Source: Clostridia bacterium
GTDB lineage: Bacteria; Bacillota; Clostridia; JAAYHZ01
Direction: 5' to 3'
Assembly (NCBI GenBank): GCA_050950825.1
Contig: JBMNIH010000010.1
Coordinates: 205,181 to 269,180 of the forward strand
Length of the DNA: 64,000 nt
The translations under genes were made by a program, and so were the position numbers. The notes under the pieces were generated by a model. It was given only the letters and a program-made list of their open reading frames with translations, made no database searches and had not been told where the DNA came from. How positions within the stretch are numbered: position 1 is the first letter of the stretch; every line of letters begins with the position of its first letter. Below, one piece after another: positions 20,034 to 31,024 of the stretch.

Positions 20034-20912
20034 ATGCAAGCGAAAGCTTATGCAAAGATCAATTTATGCTTGGACGTCGTAAACAAAAGGGCGGACGGAT
20101 ACCATGATTTGAAAACCGTTATGCAAACGGTAGATTTATACGATTCTCTTACTTTTCAAATAAAAGAATCGAAAGAAAAAAAGATAAAGCTTACTTCAAA
20201 TCATCCGGGCTTGCCTTTGGACTGTCGGAATTTGGTGTGTAGGGCGGCGGAGTTGTTTATGAAGCTGACAGGCATTTGTTTGGATATAGAGGTTCATATA
20301 CAGAAACGTATTCCGGTGGCAGCCGGCTTGGGAGGAGGGAGCAGCGATGCAGGATGCACCCTTCGTGTTCTGAACCGGTGGGCCGGAGAACCTTTGGATT
20401 GGGCATATTTAAGCGTCGAATCCAAGGCAATCGGTGCGGACGTCCCCTTTGCGGTATACGGCGGTACCGCTTTGGTGGAGGGTATCGGCGAGCAGGTATT
20501 TCCGATACCGAAAAAGGAAAACATAGGGCTCGTTCTGGTTTGCCCTCGAATTTCCGTGTCAACGAAAAGCGTATTCCAAAGGTACGTATTGGACGATCCT
20601 ATGGAAGAGAAGGTCCTTGGAGTGGCGGAAGCCTTAAAAAAAGGAGATATCCGACTTTTAGGACAAAATTTGTTTAATAAGCTTGAAAGAGTGACAATAA
20701 AGGATTATCCTTTAATTGGGGAAATTAAGAATATGCTAATGAATGCAGGGGCGTTCGGGGCTGTCATGAGCGGAAGCGGTCCTTCGGTTTTCGGGGTTTT
20801 TCCCGACCTTGACGAGGCTCGAAAGGCGGAGCAAAATATCGCATATCGATTAGGGCGGAGTGTCCGGACTTTTTGCATAAAGACGGTAGAAGGAGTCATT
20901 TATGAGCAATAA
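20034..20912 (+). CDS. ispE: 4-diphosphocytidyl-2-C-methyl-D-erythritol kinase
   Basis: AKINL, DGYH, IPVAAGLGGGSSDA, MSGSGP GHMP motifs. Confidence 0.95.
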   Translation: MQAKAYAKINLCLDVVNKRADGYHDLKTVMQTVDLYDSLTFQIKESKEKKIKLTSNHPGLPLDCRNLVCRAAELFMKLTGICLDIEVHIQKRIPVAAGLGGGSSDAGCTLRVLNRWAGEPLDWAYLSVESKAIGADVPFAVYGGTALVEGIGEQVFPIPKKENIGLVLVCPRISVSTKSVFQRYVLDDPMEEKVLGVAEALKKGDIRLLGQNLFNKLERVTIKDYPLIGEIKNMLMNAGAFGAVMSGSGPSVFGVFPDLDEARKAEQNIAYRLGRSVRTFCIKTVEGVIYEQ

Positions 20913-21582
20913 ATTATCGAAAATAGACTTTAATGATTATAAACCTTTAAGAGAGGTCATCTTTAACAGCATACGTGAAGCCATTATACTCGGAGAATTG
21001 AAGCCCGGGGAACGCTTGATGGAAGTGCAATTGGCGGAAAAATTGGGTGTCAGCAGAACTCCTATACGAGAAGCCATCCGCAAGCTGGAGCTGGAGGGCC
21101 TTGTGGTGATGATTCCGAGAAAAGGGGCGTATGTAGCGGATTTGACCAAAAAAGACATTATCGACGTTTTGGAGGTTCGTGCGGCGCTAGACGGTTTGGC
21201 AACCCAGCTTGCGGCGGAGCGAATTACCGATAACGAGTTGAAGGATCTTCAGAAAATTACGGAGCAATTCGCCGCTTATGTAGAGAAAAATAACCTTCAG
21301 GGGATTATAAAAAAGGATATCGAATTCCACGACCTTATTTACAGAGCGTCGCGGAACGAAAAGCTGTACCAAATCAATAACAATATACAGGAAATGATCT
21401 ATCGTTTCCGTGTGATCTATCTGAAGAACTACAATCCTTTCCGAGACGTAAGCAAGGAACACGGCAGGATTGTTGCGGCCATTTCGGAAAAAAATCCTAC
21501 GGAAGCCCAAAAGTGGGCGATTATGCACATAAAGAACCAAGAGTATACCATTATTAAAGAATTAAAGGATTCTACCCAATGA
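20902..21582 (+). CDS. GntR family regulator with FCD domain
   Basis: LKPGERLME.QLAEKLGVSRTPIREA wHTH; DIEFH...SRN, EH FCD motifs. Confidence 0.9.
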   Translation: MSNKLSKIDFNDYKPLREVIFNSIREAIILGELKPGERLMEVQLAEKLGVSRTPIREAIRKLELEGLVVMIPRKGAYVADLTKKDIIDVLEVRAALDGLATQLAAERITDNELKDLQKITEQFAAYVEKNNLQGIIKKDIEFHDLIYRASRNEKLYQINNNIQEMIYRFRVIYLKNYNPFRDVSKEHGRIVAAISEKNPTEAQKWAIMHIKNQEYTIIKELKDSTQ

Positions 21583-21968
21583 AAATTGCCGCCGGCGTTG
21601 ATATCGTGGAAATCGATCGGGTAAGAAGCTTGGTTGAAAAGTATTTAAGCGACCCGGCTTTAGAAAGAATTTTTCATAAGGATGAAATAGCGTACTGCAT
21701 ATCAAAGGGCCGTTTAAGTATGGAAAGCTTTGCCGCAAGGTTTGCTGCAAAGGAAGCGGTGGCCAAGGCCTTAGGTACCGGTTTCGGGGAAAAATGCCTG
21801 TGGAACGAGATCATTATTAAAAACGACGATGCCGGTGCACCTTATGTGGAATTGACGGGAACTACGAAAAAAACATTTGAAGAGCAAAAGGGAAAAGACC
21901 TGTCTTTATCGGTTTCCCATTGCAAGGATTATGCCGTGGCAATGGTGGTCTTTTTGAAAGGCGGATGA
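21579..21968 (+). CDS. acpS: holo-ACP synthase
   Basis: GVDIVEI, AARFAAKEAVAKALGTG, LSVSH. Confidence 0.93.
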   Translation: MKIAAGVDIVEIDRVRSLVEKYLSDPALERIFHKDEIAYCISKGRLSMESFAARFAAKEAVAKALGTGFGEKCLWNEIIIKNDDAGAPYVELTGTTKKTFEEQKGKDLSLSVSHCKDYAVAMVVFLKGG

Positions 21969-21972
21969 TACA

Positions 21973-23121
21973 TTGAGTAAAATTCGATTTGTACAATGCG
22001 GGGACATCCATATCGGTATGCCCTTTTCTTCGTTTAAGGGAATTTTCGGGCTGCCCGAAAAAAGAAGGCGCCACATCGAAGAAACCTTCGAGAAAATCAT
22101 CGGAATCGCCGCCGATACAAAGTCCGATTTTTTGATAATCTGCGGCGATTTGTTCGAAGAAAAGTACGCGACCCGGTCCGTTATCGAGAATATGAATTAT
22201 GAATTCGGAAAAGTATCCCGAGTCGTTATGATCCCCGGAAATCACGATCCTTTTAACAAAGGATCCTTTTATCACCGTTTTCCTTGGCGGGAAAACGTAT
22301 TTGTTTTGTCTCCCGAAAGGCCTTTTATCGAATTTCCCGACCTGTCCGTCGCTTTCTATCATTACAATTCCCTCCGGGAATCGGATTCTCTCGGGCAATT
22401 AAATCTGCAAAAAGACCGGATCAACATCTTAATGTTTCACGGAACCATTGATACCATATGTACGGAGGACCGCTACCTTCCGGTAACTTCGGAGGAGCTG
22501 GAAAGGTACGGTTTCGACTATATAGCCGCCGGGCATTTTCACAACACCTTTCTTCAATACGGAAAAAACAAAACCATTCATAATGCGGGAAGCCCGGAGC
22601 CTTTAGGGTTCGACGAAGAAGGTATACATTCGATCATAACCGGGGAAATAACGAAGGAGATGGGCCATGTTGAATGCCGTGCGGAAAAAGTGCAGGTATC
22701 GAATCGCTTCTACAAAACCTTGGAAATTACCACGGATCCGGAGATGTCCTTGAATGAAATCATTTCTTTTGTACGGCAAACCCTACAATCCGTAGAAGGG
22801 CATAAGGACATGCTGGCAAGAATCCTTTTAAAAGGAAGAAGGGACCCGAAAATGTACTTGGACACGCTGAAAATTCAAGAAAGCCTTGTCGGCTTAACCC
22901 TTTATGCAAAAGTCACGGACGAGACTCTTCCCGATTTCGACATATCTCAAATTTCAAAAGAACAGGGAATACGAGGCGTGTTTGTTCGAAATGTGCTGGA
23001 AAAGATGGAACAGGAGCCTCATTTAAGCTCCTTTTACCGATCCGTGATGATTTACGGGTTGGAGGCCTTGTCCGGCAACAGACCGTCTCTGACGGACCCG
23101 ACGGAAGAAGGGGGGCGGTGA
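21973..23121 (+). CDS. SbcD/Mre11-like metallophosphoesterase (YhaO-like)
   Basis: DIHIG, GDLFE, PGNHD, FHG, GHFH, GSPE motifs. Confidence 0.88.
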   Translation: MSKIRFVQCGDIHIGMPFSSFKGIFGLPEKRRRHIEETFEKIIGIAADTKSDFLIICGDLFEEKYATRSVIENMNYEFGKVSRVVMIPGNHDPFNKGSFYHRFPWRENVFVLSPERPFIEFPDLSVAFYHYNSLRESDSLGQLNLQKDRINILMFHGTIDTICTEDRYLPVTSEELERYGFDYIAAGHFHNTFLQYGKNKTIHNAGSPEPLGFDEEGIHSIITGEITKEMGHVECRAEKVQVSNRFYKTLEITTDPEMSLNEIISFVRQTLQSVEGHKDMLARILLKGRRDPKMYLDTLKIQESLVGLTLYAKVTDETLPDFDISQISKEQGIRGVFVRNVLEKMEQEPHLSSFYRSVMIYGLEALSGNRPSLTDPTEEGGR

Positions 23122-23125
23122 AGGC

Positions 23126-25730
23126 ATGATTATTAAAAAAGCCGTGATTAAAGGATTCGGTAAATACAGCCAAAAAGAATTTTTGTTTGACCGCGGTTTA
23201 AACTGTGTATTCGGCGAAAACGAGGCCGGAAAATCGACCCTGCTTTGGTTCATCCGCGGAATGCTTTACGGTTTAAAAGGAGGCAGAGCAAAAACAACCG
23301 GAGAACAGGCGCCCTTAAAAAAATTTCAGCCCTGGTCCGATAACACGTATTCGGGATCCTTGGAAATCGAAACCGACAAGGGAGAAACCTTTTACATATA
23401 TAGGGATTTTAATAAAAAGACCTTGAACATCTATAACGATCGATACGAAGACGTTACGAGCCTTCTGTTGACCTCTTCCGATATGCAGCCCGGAGAAGTC
23501 TTTACGGGTATGAGCGAAGACTTGTTTTGAGAGCACCTGCTTCATCGATTCCGCCGGCAGCTGTCTTACCGTTGACGATCGAAAAGGAATTGAAAGCAGG
23601 TTGATTGAAGTAAGCGAAACCGGCTTTTTCGACGTTTCCTTGACCCATGCCTTATCCTTGCTGGAGGATATCCGTAAAAAAGAAATCGGTGCGGCGGCGG
23701 ACCGTAGAACCCTAAGAGATCGCCCTTTACCGAAAACCTTGGACCGAATCACGGAGCTGGAAGAAAAAACGGCTCGGTTTGAAAAGATAAGAGAAGAAAT
23801 CACTTCGCTCCACGAGCGCTTAGACCAAGTTCAAATACAAATCAAGGAATACGAAGGGACAATCGCTTTGTTAAACCGAGAAGAAGAGGTTTTGGACGAA
23901 GCCGCCTCCTTGCTGAAGGACTTGATAAAAGTAAGCATTCTCAACGATATGATGGAATCGTATAAGGAAAATGTAAAAGCTCTTGAAAAAGCGAAGACCA
24001 AGAAAACGGAATGCCAAAACGCCCTTTCGGAGCTTTCGGTTTACGAAGGAGAAACGGCGGAATCCGTAAAAATCCCCGGCCAATTGTACGACCGAAAAAG
24101 GCTGTATCGATCGGACTATGAGAAAGCCTTGCGGGCTTTAGAGCAATACAAAGAAGAAAAGACCCTTTTGGAAAAACAGCTGAAAGAATACGAAGCGTTT
24201 TTAGATAACAAAGGAGCCGTCGATACCGTATTGGATCTGCAGCGTATTCTGCCGGTGTATAAAAAGGATGCGGAGCAAAGCGCCGCAAAGAGAAAGGAAG
24301 AAAGGAAAGCGGAGCAAGAGGTTATTGCAAAGAAAATAAAAAGGACAAACCTTCTTTTCATACCGATTCTTTTAGCCTTTGTTATATTCGGCATGTTTTC
24401 CTATATAGAACAAAACATCATAGGCGCCCTTCTTCTTGTGCCTTGCGTAGCCGCGTTCGTCCTTTTATTTCTTAAGAAAAAGAGCATGCAAAAAGAAATA
24501 TATCACGAAGGGGATGATCAAGCTCGGATTACCCCGGAAATGGAGCGGTATCAAGAGGCGGAAAGCCGGCTTGCACAAGCCCTGAAGTTGTTGTCCTGCT
24601 CCGATTTTGATGAATTTAAAAGACGCTTGAACGATTTTAATGCCCTTGTCCATAAAACGGATGCCATTACCTACGGGGAAAGGCTGCAAAACGAAGCGGT
24701 GCAGGAAAAGCACGATTGGCTGACTCGAGCCGAATCGGAATTTAAAGAAGCCATAGCCAAGTTCAAGAGAGAAGAGGCGGAGGACAAGGAAAAGATAGCG
24801 GCCATCGAAAGAGGATGGAATCGATACGTCGGTATTAAAATGGAACTGGAGCAGTGGGAAAGAAGAGAAAAAGAGCTTTCGGAAGCTTTGTCCGCCCTTT
24901 TAATGAAGCTGAAGGACCAAGGCTATTCCGATTTCGATGAGCTTTACCGAGCCTATCCTTCGTTGACGGAATCTCTTCAAAAAAAGGCGGCCTATGTCAA
25001 GGAAAAAGCACAAGGACTCGAAAGCCCGGAATTGGACCGGGGAATTTCCTTATTGAGCAAGCAGGACATAAAAGCCGTAGGCTCTTTGTTCGAGACCTTG
25101 TCCCAAGAAAACAAAAGAAAGCGGGAGCAGGTCATACCGGCCCACGGCGATCTGAAAGTAACCGAAACCCGAATTCAAAGGGATTTGGATAACCTTTGGG
25201 AGGAATACGAGGATTACAAAAGCGCATCGGAAGAGCTTTTGATGCTGTATGAGAAAAAGGAAAGGCTGATGCTTCAGGATCGGATCTTGAATGAAACGAT
25301 AAGCATGCTTCGAATGGCCGGAGACGACGTGAAAAACAACTTTTATCGGCCTATGTCCGAAAAGCTGAATATGTATGTAAGCTTGATCACATCCGGAAAA
25401 CACGGCGATATGAAGGTAGGAGAAACGCTGCAGATTAACGCCTCCGGAGAATCCGGCATCCGAAGCGTCATGGATTACAGTACCGGCACCATCGAGCAGA
25501 TTTTCTTCGCTTTAAGGCTTGCCTGTGCGGAGTTAATGGAAGGAGAAGAAACCTGTCCTTTGTTTGCCGATGAGATTTTCGCCTCTTACGATGACCAAAG
25601 GGTGTTCCGGACGCTGAGGCTAATAGCCGAAACGGCGACGAAGCGGCAAGTTTTTTTGTTTACCTGCCGCAAAAGAGAACCGGATATGATAGTCCAAGTG
25701 CTGCCGAATGTCCCCGTGATTCTTCTTTGA
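23126..25730 (+). pseudogene. YhaN/SbcC-like AAA ATPase, split by a +1 frameshift at about 23525-23530
   Basis: Walker A GENEAGKST in 23126-23530; coiled coil, YSTGT signature and ADE Walker B in 23601-25730; deleting one T of TTTTGA gives a continuous LFESTCFID... frame. Confidence 0.8.
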
Positions 25731-25830
25731 ACAATAGCTTCGTGAAAACGTATTTGAATACATAATTTTTGTTTTCCGGCAAAAAATATGATTAATCAAA
25801 TTCGAATCATACGTTTTTTCCGGAGTTGTT

Positions 25831-27243
25831 ATGAGTATAAAAGGTAAGTTAAAAGATTTCAAATATCGTCTCACCGACAGAAGAATGTATACCATCGTCA
25901 GCTTGACGTTGATCGGCGTTTTGCTGTGGGGAGTCTACCAGAACCGGCGGGCTACCGATTACAAGAACTTGCTGAACAACCAATACAACCGAATGTTTTT
26001 CGACTTGACGGACAATGTCAATAACATCGAGTCTCTTTTAGCCAAATCCTTGATCAGCGCATCTCCCGCCAAAACCTCCAAAACGCTGCAGGAGGCTTGG
26101 GCTCAGGCAAACATGGCTCAAATGAACATCATTCAGCTGCCCATTTCCCAACCCTATTTGGACGGTACCTCCAAGTTTCTAACCCAAGTAGGGGATTTGG
26201 CTTTTGCTTTGAATGAGCAGACCAATCGAGGAAAAGAGATCTCGGAAGAGCAGTATAACAATATTAAAATGATGTATGAGTACTCAAAAGAAGTGAACAA
26301 TAGCATTAAAGCCATGCAGGAAGAGCTGTTTTCCGGAAGGATTCGGTGGAATACCATCGAAAAGAAGGGAAAAGCCTTTTTAGGCAAGCAGGACGAGAAT
26401 TTGCCCGGCGACCTTTTTGCCGATTTAAACAAGTCCTTTGAAGGCTTCCCCACCTTAATTTACGACGGTCCCTTCTCCGACCATATAACGCAAATCGAGC
26501 CCGTAGCGTTAGGAGATAAGGAAATCACGCAAGAAGAAGCCCAAGAAATCGCTCTTCAATTTTTCGGAAAAGATCGTGTTGAAAAAATCGAGTTTTTCGG
26601 AGCCATTCAAGAGGATGCCATCGAATCCTACACCTTTGAGGTGATTTTCAAGGATACGGACAAAGATGCCACGGGGACGATCGATATAACGAAAATCGGA
26701 GGGTATCCTTTATGGGCCATAAGCTCAAGACCGGTTTACGAATCCGCCATAAATATGGACCAAGCGAAGCAAATCGGAAGAGATTTTCTGACGAAGATGG
26801 GCTTTGAAAATATGACGGACACCTACTATATTGTGAGCGGGAATGTGGCTACCATCAATTATGCCGCCAAACAAGGGGAATACATCCTGTATCCGGATTT
26901 AATCAAGCTTCAGGTGGCGTTAGACAACGGTGAAATCATGGGAATCGAATCGAAAGGGTACCTTTACTCCCATAAAGAAAGAAAGATCCCGGAACCGACC
27001 GTAACCATTGACGAAGCTCGCAAATTGATCTCTCCGCGTGTAACGATCGTCGGGGAGGGGCATGCCGTGATTCCCACTCCTTTTAAGACGGAGGTTTTCA
27101 CCTACGAATTCAAAGTGAAACTGGAGGACCGGGATTGTCTTGTGTATATCGGAACCACAAGCGGAATCGAAGAGGAGATTCTTCTTATCATCGATACCGA
27201 CCAAGGGGTTCTCACCGTTGACAACGGTCCGTATTATCGATGA
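25831..27243 (+). CDS. ypeB: spore germination protein YpeB
   Basis: N-terminal TM, LNNQYNR, QLP, TSKFLTQVGD, PTLIYDGPFSDH, YPDLIKLQVALDNG. Confidence 0.9.
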   Translation: MSIKGKLKDFKYRLTDRRMYTIVSLTLIGVLLWGVYQNRRATDYKNLLNNQYNRMFFDLTDNVNNIESLLAKSLISASPAKTSKTLQEAWAQANMAQMNIIQLPISQPYLDGTSKFLTQVGDLAFALNEQTNRGKEISEEQYNNIKMMYEYSKEVNNSIKAMQEELFSGRIRWNTIEKKGKAFLGKQDENLPGDLFADLNKSFEGFPTLIYDGPFSDHITQIEPVALGDKEITQEEAQEIALQFFGKDRVEKIEFFGAIQEDAIESYTFEVIFKDTDKDATGTIDITKIGGYPLWAISSRPVYESAINMDQAKQIGRDFLTKMGFENMTDTYYIVSGNVATINYAAKQGEYILYPDLIKLQVALDNGEIMGIESKGYLYSHKERKIPEPTVTIDEARKLISPRVTIVGEGHAVIPTPFKTEVFTYEFKVKLEDRDCLVYIGTTSGIEEEILLIIDTDQGVLTVDNGPYYR

Positions 27244-27456
27244 AATTAATGCAAAGCAATTCATCCTATATTCGTTTTTTCGACAGTTAATAGGATCAAT
27301 AGAGGCGAAAAACCGCGATATCATGCGGACTTTTGCCTCTATTTTTTGCTTTTTAAAATTATTTATATATTGACAATGCTTTAAAGCAACGAATACACTT
27401 AATTTAAGCCGTCATACGGCCGGTCCGATCATGAAAAAGGAGTATCGATTCGATCT

Positions 27457-28245
27457 ATGAATATCTTGAAAGAAAAAATTAAGAAAAAGATGCGTATTTG
27501 CGGTACCCATGTTCATTTAAGCGATCCGAGTATTTGTGAAATTATGGGGAATGTCGGCTTTGACTATATCTGGATTGATATGGAGCATACTTATATTGAT
27601 TATAAGACTCTGTTTGTGCATCTGAATGCCGCAAAGGCTGCCGGGGTACCGGCAGTTGTCAGAGTGCCGCAAGACGATCTGACGGCTACAAAAAAGGTCC
27701 TCGAAATGGGCGTAGACGGGATTATCTTTCCCATGATTAAGAATGCCGAGCAAGCGAACAGGCTTATCGGCTACACGCTGTATCCTCCCGTCGGTACAAG
27801 GGGTTTCGGACCCATGCGAGCGATTCGGTACGGCTTGGATGATGTGAACGAATACATTCATCATTCGTCTTTGGATATTTGCCGATTTATTCAGATTGAA
27901 AATATCGAGGCGGTAGATCATCTGCCGGAAATCATTCAAAATACATATATCGACGGATATATTTTCGGACCCTATGATTTATCGGGCTCGGTCGGAGAGC
28001 TAGGCAACATTACCGGTGAGAAAACGATCAATTTGATAAAAAAATCAATCGAGATACTTGAACCGACCGGAAAAGCGATCGGTCTGTCAACGGGAGATAC
28101 GGATATTCGAATGCTAAAATTTTGGAATGACATGGGTATCCATATGATTTCGGCAGGCGTCGATTACGGCTATATTTTATCCGGCTCCATGGAAACGCTT
28201 CGTAAATTGCGGGAAGTGCAAAAAACGAAAGGCGAAGGAAATTAA
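27457..28245 (+). CDS. HpcH/HpaI-family class II aldolase
   Basis: DMEH, VRVP, YPPVGTRG, QIE, GPYDLS; TTGACA/TACACT promoter upstream. Confidence 0.88.
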   Translation: MNILKEKIKKKMRICGTHVHLSDPSICEIMGNVGFDYIWIDMEHTYIDYKTLFVHLNAAKAAGVPAVVRVPQDDLTATKKVLEMGVDGIIFPMIKNAEQANRLIGYTLYPPVGTRGFGPMRAIRYGLDDVNEYIHHSSLDICRFIQIENIEAVDHLPEIIQNTYIDGYIFGPYDLSGSVGELGNITGEKTINLIKKSIEILEPTGKAIGLSTGDTDIRMLKFWNDMGIHMISAGVDYGYILSGSMETLRKLREVQKTKGEGN

Positions 28246-28309
28246 AAAAGAAAATCGTGTTGCAGTACTTATAAAGCCGTTTAAAATAAATTAGATTAAG
28301 GAGAGAACG

Positions 28310-29779
28310 ATGGTTATAAATATCGGATCGAGACGTGAAGTTTTTTGGGATGAATTTATCATCGACACCACCCGTACGACGGCATACGAGCTGATGCATC
28401 ATCCCGTACGGCGTGAAGCGGTTATGATAAACGATGCTCCTTGGGAAGGCAACGGATGGATACATACGTGTGTACTTGAGGATAACGGTATCTTTCGGAT
28501 GTATTATATAACCATGCCCATGTGGAATGAAGAGCTTACGGCATACGGTCCTCCGTTTCGACACAGCTGCTATGCGGAAAGCACGGACGGTATACATTGG
28601 ACGAAGCCGAGGGTTGGCGACTTTATGTTTCGGGGCAGCTATGACAACAATATTATAACCGATAAAAGCCTTACTTCTTTTGATGTACTGATTGATCCGA
28701 ATCCCGATTGTCCCCCGGATGAAAAGTATAAGGCGATTATTGCAAAAAAGGCGGAAAAAGGATCCGAGCTTTATTGCATGTTTAGCGGAGACGGGGTCCA
28801 TTTTCGCGACGGCTATATGATTTCGAATAAAGGTTGGGTTAATCCTTTTGATTCGCATAACACGCTGAATTGGGATCCCCATCGAAAAAAATACGTTTGT
28901 TATTGTCGGGATGTTCAGGTTACGGATCGTGTGATTGTTCATGACTTTTTTCCGTTTAACGAATGGATGCGTAACAAAAGAGCGATCTGGCGTATTGAAT
29001 CCGATGATTTTCGTAACTGGAGCGATCCCGAATTCATCGATTACGGAGATTCGCCTTACGGTTTCGAAATGTACACAAACGGAATTATGCCTTATCCTCG
29101 TGCCGACCACATTTATATCGGTTTGCCCATGCGATATTATGAACGCCCGGAATGGACTCCGACTTATGACCGATTATGCGGCAGCGAGCATCGCAAGTGG
29201 CGTATGCAGCGCGGCAAACGTTTCGGCTTGGCCCTTACCGACGCATTATTCATGTGCTCTCGAGACGGAAAAACTTTTAAGCGGTGGGATCAAGCCTTCA
29301 TGACACCGGGTCCGGAAAGCCCGTATGCTTGGATTTACGGCGATTGCAGCTTAACTCACGGTATTTTGGCAACGGACACGATTGTAAAAGGTGAGGACAA
29401 AGAGCTGTCCATGTATGTCACGGTCAATAACTGGACGGATCAACCGCAGCAAATGTATCGCTATACGCTGCGTATAGACGGATTTATAAGCCGCCGAGCC
29501 GATTTTGAAAAGCGTTTGCTGGTCACCAAGGCCTTTACCTTCGAGGGCAGTAAATTATCCGTAAACTTTTCCACCTCAGCCATAGGCTATATCCGAATTA
29601 TAATCGAAGATATTTACGGAAATCCCATAGACGGTTATACCGGTTACGAGCTTTTTGGAGACAGTACGGACCGTTATGTAGACTTTCCTTCGCCTCTTGA
29701 AGCCTTAAACGGGAAACCCATACGAATGAGGATAGAAATGCGCGATGCGGATATCTATTCGTTTAAATTTGACAAGTAA
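28310..29779 (+). CDS. beta-propeller glycosidase-like protein
   Basis: repeated S-x-D-G-x-x-W/F boxes (STDGIHW, SGDGVHF, SRDGKTF), C-terminal LRIDGF beta-sandwich. Confidence 0.55.
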   Translation: MVINIGSRREVFWDEFIIDTTRTTAYELMHHPVRREAVMINDAPWEGNGWIHTCVLEDNGIFRMYYITMPMWNEELTAYGPPFRHSCYAESTDGIHWTKPRVGDFMFRGSYDNNIITDKSLTSFDVLIDPNPDCPPDEKYKAIIAKKAEKGSELYCMFSGDGVHFRDGYMISNKGWVNPFDSHNTLNWDPHRKKYVCYCRDVQVTDRVIVHDFFPFNEWMRNKRAIWRIESDDFRNWSDPEFIDYGDSPYGFEMYTNGIMPYPRADHIYIGLPMRYYERPEWTPTYDRLCGSEHRKWRMQRGKRFGLALTDALFMCSRDGKTFKRWDQAFMTPGPESPYAWIYGDCSLTHGILATDTIVKGEDKELSMYVTVNNWTDQPQQMYRYTLRIDGFISRRADFEKRLLVTKAFTFEGSKLSVNFSTSAIGYIRIIIEDIYGNPIDGYTGYELFGDSTDRYVDFPSPLEALNGKPIRMRIEMRDADIYSFKFDK

Positions 29780-29800
29780 CGGCCGAATACACCGATATGG

Positions 29801-29829
29801 AAAAAGGGGGAATTTTCATCCCCCTTTTC
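29801..29829. terminator. bidirectional intrinsic terminator
   Basis: AAAAGGGGGA...TCCCCCTTTT hairpin between convergent genes. Confidence 0.7.
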
Positions 29830-29851
29830 AAATTTATTCACATTCTTTCGA

Positions 29852-31024
29852 TTAAACCTTGTCTACATCCACCCATGTTCTTTCTGCCGCGGACAACTGT
29901 ACGGCGTCCAAGATTTGGCAGCACTTGACTCCGTCATAAAAGTTCGGAACGCAAGGCTTATCATGGTAAACGCTTTGAATAAATTCGTACAATTCGTGAA
30001 CAAAGGTGTGCTCATAGCCGATGACATGCCCTACCGGCCACCAATGGCCTGCATAAGGATGAACGGCTTCCGTAGCCTGAATCAAACGGAAGCCTTGAAG
30101 GCCTGCAGGGTCGCTTACGTTGTAATATTGCAGCTCGTTCATTCTTTCGAATTCAAACCGAACGCTGCCTTCGGACCCGTTGACTTCAAAAGCCATGCCG
30201 TTTTTATGTCCCGCCGCGAAACGAGTGGCTTCAAAGGTACCCAACGCACCGTTTTCAAATTCGCACAGGAACAAGGAAGCATCGTCCACCGTTACCGGCA
30301 GCTTTTTCTCTTGCCCCGTTTTCGTTGCGGACAAGCCGGTCATGTTTAAGGCCTCCGGACGTTCCTTTACGAAGGTTTTGGTAATTCCAATCACCGATTT
30401 GAAATCTCCTACCAAGAAACGTGCCAAATCGATGAGATGGGATCCCAAATCTCCGTGAGAGCCGGATCCGGCGACGTTTTTGTCCGTTCTCCAGGCGGCC
30501 GGAAATTCCGGGTCCAAAAGCCAGTCCTGAAGATACGTTCCTCGGAAATGATATATTTTCCCCAGCTTTCCTTCCGCGATTAACTGCTTGGCCAATTGAA
30601 CCGCCGGTGCAAAGCGATAGTTGAAACCGATTTGGTGCTTAATACCGGCCTTTTCCGCTTCCTTCAGCATTACTCGCGCTTCGGTAACGTTCATGGCTAG
30701 CGGTTTTTCGCAAAAGATGTGCTTTTTGTTCTTGGCCGCTTCAACGGCAATGTCTTTATGGGTATTGTTGGGCGTGGTTATGTCGATGACGTCAATGTCG
30801 TCTCTTTTTATAAGGGCTTCCCAAGAGGTCTCGTAGCTTGCCCAACCGAATTTTTCGGCGGCTTGCTTTACGCCGGCTTCGTCTCTGCCGCATATGGCCG
30901 TAAGATTTGCTTGAAGGGTAGGATCAAAAAACATATTGACCTTCTTCAGGGCGTTGCTGTGGGCTTTCCCCATAAATTTGTATCCGATCAAACCGAAATT
31001 CAAACCGTTTTTTGCTACGCCCAT
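29852..31024 (-). CDS. Gfo/Idh/MocA family sugar dehydrogenase
   Basis: GYKFMGKAHS, CEKPLA, GFNYR, GDLGSHLID. Confidence 0.9.
   Translation of the reverse strand: MGVAKNGLNFGLIGYKFMGKAHSNALKKVNMFFDPTLQANLTAICGRDEAGVKQAAEKFGWASYETSWEALIKRDDIDVIDITTPNNTHKDIAVEAAKNKKHIFCEKPLAMNVTEARVMLKEAEKAGIKHQIGFNYRFAPAVQLAKQLIAEGKLGKIYHFRGTYLQDWLLDPEFPAAWRTDKNVAGSGSHGDLGSHLIDLARFLVGDFKSVIGITKTFVKERPEALNMTGLSATKTGQEKKLPVTVDDASLFLCEFENGALGTFEATRFAAGHKNGMAFEVNGSEGSVRFEFERMNELQYYNVSDPAGLQGFRLIQATEAVHPYAGHWWPVGHVIGYEHTFVHELYEFIQSVYHDKPCVPNFYDGVKCCQILDAVQLSAAERTWVDVDKV

Noticed and set aside
28028-29110. 360-aa minus-strand ORF
   Set aside because: Antisense shadow of the propeller and aldolase genes; no motifs or RBS.
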